Shown here: one piece after another, positions 58,258 to 64,000 of the stretch
Layout of the letters: each line of letters starts with the position of its first letter
Numbering within the stretch: position 1 is the first letter of the stretch
NCBI GenBank assembly: GCA_965248195.1
Contig: CBDFIQ010000001.1
Coordinates: 1,248,001 to 1,312,000, forward strand
Reading direction: 5' to 3'
Length of the DNA stretch: 64,000 bases
DNA from: Longimicrobiales bacterium
GTDB taxonomy: Bacteria; Gemmatimonadota; Gemmatimonadetes; Longimicrobiales; Gaopeijiaceae
Program-made: the position numbers and the translations under genes
Notes under the pieces: generated by a model
Databases searched by the model: none
What the model was told of the DNA's origin: nothing
What the model saw: the letters and a program-made list of their open reading frames with translations, nothing else

Positions 58258-59952
58258 TTGAACGGCGTCACCCACCCGAGCTCGGGTGTTCTCTGGCTTC
58301 TGGGCCCGAAGGTTCGATCCAAGCTAAACCGGAACAAGACCGACGAAGGCCGCCGCTTCAAGTGGGTCCTTTTGGGATTCGTCGCGATCTTCTTCTGGAC
58401 CTTCATCTTCGGCATCATCTTCCGGATGCTGCTGTACTTCAGGGGCACCCAGGGGATCGGCGACCTGCTAGCGGCCAAGCTGCTGGGAATCGCGCTCCTC
58501 ACGTTCCTTATGATCCTGCTCCTGTCCAACGTCATCACTGCCCTCTCGACCTTCTTCCTCTCCCAGGACATGGAACTCCTCGTAGCGGCTCCGGTGGATT
58601 CGGTGAAGCTGTACGGAGCCCGCTTCGTGGAGACGATCGTGGATTCGTCGTGGATGGTCGCGTTGTTGGCCATCCCGCTCCTGGCTGCTTACGGAGTCGT
58701 CTACGGCGCGAGTTGGCCTTTTTATGGATTGGCCGTAGCCACGATCATTCCGTACCTGGTTGTTCCCGCCGTGGTCGGATCGGCCTTGACGCTGATGCTG
58801 GTCAACGTATTTCCGGCACGGCGCACGCGGGATCTTCTGGCACTAATCGGTCTCTTCGCTGCTGTAGGCGTTGTGGTACTGTTCCGGTTCCTTCGCCCCG
58901 AGCGGCTGGTCCGTCCCGAGGAATTTCGCGATCTCGTGGACTTCATGGCGGTTCTGAGGACTCCGACGTCGCCCTGGCTTCCGAACGAGTGGGCGGCCCA
59001 ATCTCTCATGTCCCAGCTCACCGGAGGTTTCGACCCGTTTCCGTTCGCGCTCCTCTGGAGCACGGCTGCTGCGCTCTTCGTAATTGGGGCATGGCTGCAC
59101 GTTCGACTCTTCCGCACCGGTTTCACCCGTGCTCAGGAGGGGGCGGAGCTCCGAAAGGGAGAGGCACGTTCGAGGAGGTTGGAGCGGCTGGTGCGCGCGG
59201 CTCCGGCCACGCGTCAGCTGGTGGCCAAAGAGATTCGGGTGTTTTTCCGAGACACGACGCAGTGGTCGCAGTTGATTCTGCTAGCGGTCCTCGTGGTGGT
59301 GTACGTGTACAACATCAAGGTGCTACCGCTATACACGGGTGAGGAGGTCTCCTTTTTTCTGATCAACGTCATCTCCTTCCTGAACCTCGGGCTTGCGGGC
59401 TTCGTCGTGGCTGCCATCGCGGCGCGCTTCGTTTTTCCCGGCATGTCGCTCGAAGGGAGGATGATGTGGCTCTTGCGTTCTTCGCCGATGGACATACGCA
59501 CTCTGTTCCTGGCGAAATATTGGGTGGGGACGATACCTCTGCTGTTGATCGCTCTTCCGCTCATCGTCTTCACCAACATCATCCTCCGGGCTTCTCCGCT
59601 GATCCTGGGAATCACCACGGTATCCATGGTCGGCGTGACCCTTGCGATGACGGCGCTGGCGCTGGGCCTGGGTGCCATCTTCCCGAATTTCGAGACCGAT
59701 AACATGGCTGAGATCCCGACGTCTTTCGGGGGACTCATCTTCATGATGTCCGCGGTGACCTATCTCGCTGTGGTGGTCATCCTCCTGGCTTGGCCGGTGA
59801 ACGGATTCTTGCAGGCTCGCCTCGCCGACCCGAGTGGCGAGGCGGGAGTCATACAGCTGGCATTGGGCGTGGCCGGCGCGCTGTCGATCACGGTGGCGTG
59901 TGTGGTGGTCCCGCTTCGGGCGGGGATACGGAGGGTCCGCTCGCTGCAGTAG
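58258..59952 (+). CDS. Putative ABC-2 type permease (multi-TM)
   Basis: Many TM helices, KEIRVFFRD, SLEGRMMWLLRSSP; TTG start inferred. Confidence 0.85.
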   Translation: MNGVTHPSSGVLWLLGPKVRSKLNRNKTDEGRRFKWVLLGFVAIFFWTFIFGIIFRMLLYFRGTQGIGDLLAAKLLGIALLTFLMILLLSNVITALSTFFLSQDMELLVAAPVDSVKLYGARFVETIVDSSWMVALLAIPLLAAYGVVYGASWPFYGLAVATIIPYLVVPAVVGSALTLMLVNVFPARRTRDLLALIGLFAAVGVVVLFRFLRPERLVRPEEFRDLVDFMAVLRTPTSPWLPNEWAAQSLMSQLTGGFDPFPFALLWSTAAALFVIGAWLHVRLFRTGFTRAQEGAELRKGEARSRRLERLVRAAPATRQLVAKEIRVFFRDTTQWSQLILLAVLVVVYVYNIKVLPLYTGEEVSFFLINVISFLNLGLAGFVVAAIAARFVFPGMSLEGRMMWLLRSSPMDIRTLFLAKYWVGTIPLLLIALPLIVFTNIILRASPLILGITTVSMVGVTLAMTALALGLGAIFPNFETDNMAEIPTSFGGLIFMMSAVTYLAVVVILLAWPVNGFLQARLADPSGEAGVIQLALGVAGALSITVACVVVPLRAGIRRVRSLQ

Positions 59953-59970
59953 CTCGCCGCAGGGCCGAGG

Positions 59971-60010
59971 CCGCAACGCGGCTCACTGTACTCCTTCAAC
60001 AGCCTTCTAG
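59971..60010. mobile_element. Solo right end of the MITE
   Basis: CCGCAACGCGGCTCACTGTACTCCTTCAACAGCCTTCTAG, 2 mismatches to 51963..51999, ends in CTAG. Confidence 0.8.
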
Positions 60011-60042
60011 CAGAGACTCCCGTACGGCATTAGCATCACCCC

Positions 60043-60528
60043 ATGCTAGATGCCATCAAGTCTTTTTTCAGTGCCACGATGGAGCCGGAGTCACCGGAGC
60101 AGGAGGTGGCGGAGCCGGACGTGCGCCTGGCCGCTTGCGCCCTGCTGATCGAGATCGCGCACGCCGACGACGAATTCACGGAAGACGAGAGTCAGCATCT
60201 CTTGTCGGCTGTACGCCGGCAGTATGGGCTCGACGCGGGAAAGGCCGATAAACTCCTCGAATTGGCCGAGCGGGCTCGCGCGGACGCCGTCGATCTGTGG
60301 CAGTTCACGAAGCTGATCAAACAAAACTACTCCCTCGGCCAGAAGATGGTGCTGGTCGAGGTGATGTGGGGCCTGGTGTATTCGGACGGGGAGCTATCGA
60401 GTCACGAGGAGTCGCTGATGCGCAGGGTGTGCCATCTCCTCGACCTCGCGCCGGGTTACCTCGCCGAAGCTCGAAGAAAAGTGGAGGGCGGAGGGGATGA
60501 GTCCAACCAGGGGCCCGACCCATTGTAG
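60043..60528 (+). CDS. TerB family protein
   Basis: LAACALLIEIAHADDEF..E, DLWQFT, YSDGELSSHEE. Confidence 0.88.
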   Translation: MLDAIKSFFSATMEPESPEQEVAEPDVRLAACALLIEIAHADDEFTEDESQHLLSAVRRQYGLDAGKADKLLELAERARADAVDLWQFTKLIKQNYSLGQKMVLVEVMWGLVYSDGELSSHEESLMRRVCHLLDLAPGYLAEARRKVEGGGDESNQGPDPL

Positions 60529-60558
60529 ACCCGACAACCCCAATGCATATTGAGAGCC

Positions 60559-60705
60559 ATGGATCTTCTTCCAGGCGGTTACAACTTTATCCACGTCGTG
60601 TTCTGGGGCGTCATGGCCTTGGTCGCGGTGGGCACCAACGTCGTGGCCATCATTCTCGCAACGGGTCTTGTTTTGCTGTTCCTGGAGTCTGTGGGAAAGG
60701 CCTGA
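60559..60705 (+). CDS. Small hydrophobic membrane protein (48 aa, below ORF-track cutoff)
   Basis: MDLLPGGYNFIHVVFWGVMALVAVGTNVVAIILATGLVLLFLESVGKA; GC3-rich codons, GAGAG upstream. Confidence 0.6.
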   Translation: MDLLPGGYNFIHVVFWGVMALVAVGTNVVAIILATGLVLLFLESVGKA

Positions 60706-60722
60706 CGATCCTCGGTGATCGG

Positions 60723-60764
60723 CTTTCTATAATCCTCTTTCTGTAACCCTCTTTCTATGATCCT
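60723..60764. repeat. 14-nt tandem repeat x3; third unit holds the next ATG
   Basis: CTTTCTATAATCCT / CTTTCTGTAACCCT / CTTTCTATGATCCT. Confidence 0.8.
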
Positions 60765-61005
60765 CGTTCTGAAGATCCTCGGCGGCCTTGGTGCTGTCGC
60801 ACTCGGCATCTTTCTCGGGGCCGGCCGCTACACACAAACCCAGAAGGAGATCGAGGTGCGCCTCGGTGGCGGAATACCACGGAAGCCCAAGCGTCACTTC
60901 ATGTGGCTCGATCTTCTCAAGGCGCATGAGCGGGGGTCCGAACGCCGGCGCACCAGAGCGCACTTCAAGACGGCGGTGGCCCGCGACAAGAAGGATCGGG
61001 ACTAA
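60757..61005 (+). CDS. Small single-TM protein with basic tail
   Basis: N-terminal hydrophobic helix, GC3-biased codons. Confidence 0.65.
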   Translation: MILVLKILGGLGAVALGIFLGAGRYTQTQKEIEVRLGGGIPRKPKRHFMWLDLLKAHERGSERRRTRAHFKTAVARDKKDRD

Positions 61006-61017
61006 GGCGGCCAGGCG

Positions 61018-61072
61018 TTCAGCCAGAATCTGCTTCAGCCCAGAATCCGGTTCAGCCCAGAATCAGGTTCAG
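61018..61072. repeat. ~17-nt tandem repeat x3 copying the DUF445 stop region
   Basis: TTCAGCC(C)AGAATC at 61018, 61034, 61051. Confidence 0.85.
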
Positions 61073-62620
61073 TATTACGAGGGCCGTCCCGATAAATCCG
61101 CCCAATAGGTAGCCGAGCCGAACGATAATGCGGAGCTCCTTGTGGGTGACCTTCCGCACCAGCTCTTCCATCCTCGCCGGCGGAAAGTCGAGGACCTTCT
61201 GCTCGACCCGGCCTGCGATGTCGATCTGCTCGATGACCACCGGAACCTGGGTTTGGAGCCACTCCCAGACCGGGTCGCTCATTGCCTCCTCCAGCCTTCT
61301 CGCGGAGCCCTCGGGGAGCCAGTTCGCAGGCGTTCCAATGGGTCGATCCGGCAGGCTCGACGAGAGGCGGGTGGCCACCTCGCGGCACAGCGTTAATGCC
61401 GCCTCGCTCCGCGCTCCACTGACGAGCCACTCGGCCACGCGATCAGACGGCATTCTCTCCAGCACTTCGCCCCAGGTCCGGGCGCCCACGCCAGCCAGCG
61501 CCACCTCCAACTTTTCCACGAGAAATCCCCACGAGGTCGGATCCTGGGCGATATCGACGATCCATGCAGTGACCGTCCGCCGCGCCTCCACGACGCTCTT
61601 GTCTTCCTCATCTCCCAGGACGGATGTAACGGGCCTGCGTAGAAAATCCACGATCGCGTCGTTGATCCCCTTCGCCATGGCGTCTTGCATGGTTGGGTCC
61701 TGGAGGATTTCGGCCAGTCGCTCCGCGCCCTCCTCTTCGATCGTGCCAAGTACCTTGTCGACCGCCGATTCGGTGATGATGAGCTTTGCGACCACCCGTT
61801 GATGGAACTTGAGGTCTCCGAGGAAGCGGTGCAGAAGCTCATGAATGAAGACCTTGAATCTGTTTCGCGCCTGTTCGTCCTCCAGAGTCGATCCCACCCG
61901 GCGAATCGCCATCGGCAGGTACGCCGCAATGCCCTTCTCCACCGCCCCCACGACCCCGGTGGGGAGCACTTCCTCGAATGTACGGGTCGGCTCGAGGAGC
62001 CTGTGGGTAGTGCGGATGAGATATTGGTCGATGGCCGTGCTGAAATCTTCGCTCCCGACCGCACCGGTGAGCCACTCCTCGACGGCCTCGGATATGGCGC
62101 TTTCACGGGCCGGCGTCAGGATCCCGGCTATCGGCTCATCAGCGATCGACTGAACGATCTCCTCGGCGCGTTCCGCAAGCGTCTCGGCGAAACGATCGGA
62201 GTCCAGGTACTCCCGCAGGCGAGCCAGCCCGAATTCCGCAACCTCCTGGAGGATCTCCTCGGTCTGGTCGTGCATTCGGGCCGGAATCAAGTCCCGTAGC
62301 GATCCGCGTTCAGTATTCAGAACGGCGTCCAGAAATCCCGAAAGGTGTTCGTCGAACGCCCGCCGGACGGACGCGTCGCTGAAGGTCTTCCCCAGATCCT
62401 CGGGCGTGAGCAGGCGTGTGCCCACCGTCCGTCCGATCGCCGCCGCCAGGCGCGCCTGATTCTTCGGAATCGCCCCCTGGAGCATCTTCAAGGGCCGCTT
62501 ACCGAGACGGGGGGACTCGTAGGGGTGAAAGAGCATCCAGATGGCGATGGAATTGGTGAGGCCGCCCGCCATCGCACCGAAAAAGACGGTAATCGCGGCG
62601 CGGATCAGCTCTTCGCGCAC
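61052..62620 (-). CDS. DUF445 family membrane protein
   Basis: GGLTNSIAIWMLFHP, GAIPKNQ, KELRIIVRLGYLLGGFIG. Confidence 0.92.
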   Translation of the reverse strand: MREELIRAAITVFFGAMAGGLTNSIAIWMLFHPYESPRLGKRPLKMLQGAIPKNQARLAAAIGRTVGTRLLTPEDLGKTFSDASVRRAFDEHLSGFLDAVLNTERGSLRDLIPARMHDQTEEILQEVAEFGLARLREYLDSDRFAETLAERAEEIVQSIADEPIAGILTPARESAISEAVEEWLTGAVGSEDFSTAIDQYLIRTTHRLLEPTRTFEEVLPTGVVGAVEKGIAAYLPMAIRRVGSTLEDEQARNRFKVFIHELLHRFLGDLKFHQRVVAKLIITESAVDKVLGTIEEEGAERLAEILQDPTMQDAMAKGINDAIVDFLRRPVTSVLGDEEDKSVVEARRTVTAWIVDIAQDPTSWGFLVEKLEVALAGVGARTWGEVLERMPSDRVAEWLVSGARSEAALTLCREVATRLSSSLPDRPIGTPANWLPEGSARRLEEAMSDPVWEWLQTQVPVVIEQIDIAGRVEQKVLDFPPARMEELVRKVTHKELRIIVRLGYLLGGFIGTALVILNLILG

Positions 62621-62668
62621 GCCATCACCTCTTCGCGCACGCCGTCACCTCTTCGCGCAGGCCATCAC
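62609..62668. repeat. 20-nt tandem repeat x3 containing SD (GAGGTGA) and GTG start
   Basis: CTCTTCGCGCA(C/G)GCC(A/G)TCAC at 62609, 62629, 62649. Confidence 0.9.
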
Positions 62669-62694
62669 TTCCCCGGGAAACGGAGGCCCTTTCG

Positions 62695-63636
62695 TCAACG
62701 CTGAACGTGGCGCACGAGCCCCCGTACCTCGAGTGAGTCTCCGGCCAGGACCGCCCAACCGGTGACTTGGTAAAGCCCGTTGACCGGAAGGATCGGCCCG
62801 GCTCCCTCCTCCGCCCGGAGCTCCATGCCGGCACTGGCGAGCGTGAGCTGCACGCCGCCATCGATCGATCCGGTCGATCGGATATCCCACTCGACCGGCA
62901 CATCCCTGCGCGCCTCCTCGAACGACCTCACCGCGCTCCACTCCACCTGAACCTCCGGCCATCGAAAAGCCTCTTCTCCGATTCTGCCCCACGCGGTGTA
63001 GGCGGGTGAGCCTCCGGGAGACTCGACCACAATGACCAGGCGGCGTGGCCCGGTAAGGAACATCCACTCACCGGGCTCGGGACTCTCTCTCAGGCGCGCC
63101 CGATTCATGTCCAGCACGATGCCTTCGACCCGCTGGTCTCCGAAGAGGGCCGCGCCCTGATGTACACGGAAGGTTTCTCCGCGATTTCCATTCCAATCCG
63201 ACATCCACTCATCGATCACGACCTCGAGTTGCCTCTGTCCCTCCTCAAACAGGATCCGCTCCAAGTTTCCGCCCGCACCGATGACCAGATCCATGGGGCC
63301 TCGTGGTAGAATTCGGAACGGCGTTCGGCTCGGCTCGGAAATCCACTGATCGTGGAAGAAAGGTTCCCAGAGTCCCGCCCGGGCGAGCCAGCCCTCCGTC
63401 AACCGTTCCACACCAACCGCGGAGGAGGAAGTCCGGAAAAACCATGGCACCACGATGGCGCTGTCGGCGTCCACCGTCAGGAACACCACGTTCCGTTCGT
63501 AAAGGCCGTCCTCGAAGTTTCGCTCCGCGCTCTCGCTCGGCCGTAGGCCCGGCTCGGTGACCGGTGGCGCGGGGGCGTCGCCACCGCAGGCGTACAGGAG
63601 GACACAGAGCGCGAGGGAGGCAACCCCTTCCCGCAT
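62695..63636 (-). CDS. Hypothetical lipoprotein
   Basis: ATG overlapping upstream stop (TGATG); MREGVASLALCVLLYAC lipobox. Confidence 0.78.
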   Translation of the reverse strand: MREGVASLALCVLLYACGGDAPAPPVTEPGLRPSESAERNFEDGLYERNVVFLTVDADSAIVVPWFFRTSSSAVGVERLTEGWLARAGLWEPFFHDQWISEPSRTPFRILPRGPMDLVIGAGGNLERILFEEGQRQLEVVIDEWMSDWNGNRGETFRVHQGAALFGDQRVEGIVLDMNRARLRESPEPGEWMFLTGPRRLVIVVESPGGSPAYTAWGRIGEEAFRWPEVQVEWSAVRSFEEARRDVPVEWDIRSTGSIDGGVQLTLASAGMELRAEEGAGPILPVNGLYQVTGWAVLAGDSLEVRGLVRHVQR

Positions 63637-64000
63637 CAGGCCTGCCGGGTCAAGCGTGCGGTTTCGCGCGGATCGAGGATCTTTCCGGGCCCGGCGCCGA
63701 GCAACCGATCGAGCTTCTTGAAGAAGCGCCCGACGCGGCGGACGTTCATGCCCAGATCCATGCGACCCCTCAGGGAACCGGCTCGAATATCGACCCGCGT
63801 CAACGCGTGCTCGTCCAGCTTGATTCGAATTTCGAGATCGTCTTCGAAACGGAAGACCACCGTGGTGCACCGGACCCGAATGAAGCCCGTGAGATCATCC
63901 GCCTGGAGCAATCTCCAGTTGCCGCGCTCCTCGACGAATTTCATACAGGTGCGCCAGACCTGCTCAAACGGGATGGCATAGGTCCGCCCGCTCAGCCGCG
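63636..64000 (-). CDS. DUF1499-like protein (5' truncated by window edge)
   Basis: Frame open to window end (RLSGRTYAIPFEQVW); FRFEDDLEIRI, RVDIRAGS, DLGMNVRRV. Confidence 0.8.
   Translation of the reverse strand, partial: RLSGRTYAIPFEQVWRTCMKFVEERGNWRLLQADDLTGFIRVRCTTVVFRFEDDLEIRIKLDEHALTRVDIRAGSLRGRMDLGMNVRRVGRFFKKLDRLLGAGPGKILDPRETARLTRQA

Noticed and set aside
60043..60528. Tellurite resistance operon
   Set aside because: Lone TerB-fold gene without other ter genes

Overview
High-GC bacterial DNA; gene content (SusC/SusD-like pairs without Bacteroidota context, DUF5916 barrels, NHL and PQQ propeller expansions) suggests Gemmatimonadota, by inference. Bases 1-48.3 kb form an accessory region of almost exclusively exported proteins: 2 SusC/SusD pairs, 2 DUF5916 outer-membrane proteins, 3 PQQ-type dehydrogenases (one with N-terminal heme c), a free cytochrome c, 3 heme-c-fused copper type II (PHM/DBH-like) monooxygenases with all six Cu ligands, 2 copies of an unknown partner ending in CCWTNGY, 5 PAL-like NHL propellers, 2 heme-c/Vgb-lyase fusions (one frameshifted), a flavoprotein, serine hydrolase, VOC, cupins and an LRR lipoprotein. 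The best candidate for an undescribed system is a periplasmic, cytochrome-fed bacterial counterpart of the animal PHM+PAL peptide amidation chemistry. Bases 48.5-64 kb look like core genes (PTPS-II/folE/SDR pterin operon, OsmC, acyl-CoA ligase, cutA, macro domain, transglutaminase + ABC transporter, TerB, DUF445), with one MITE, two solo MITE ends and many short tandem duplications located exactly on gene starts and stops. No rRNA, tRNA, CRISPR array or transposase was recognised. All family calls are by motif reading; no database search was run.
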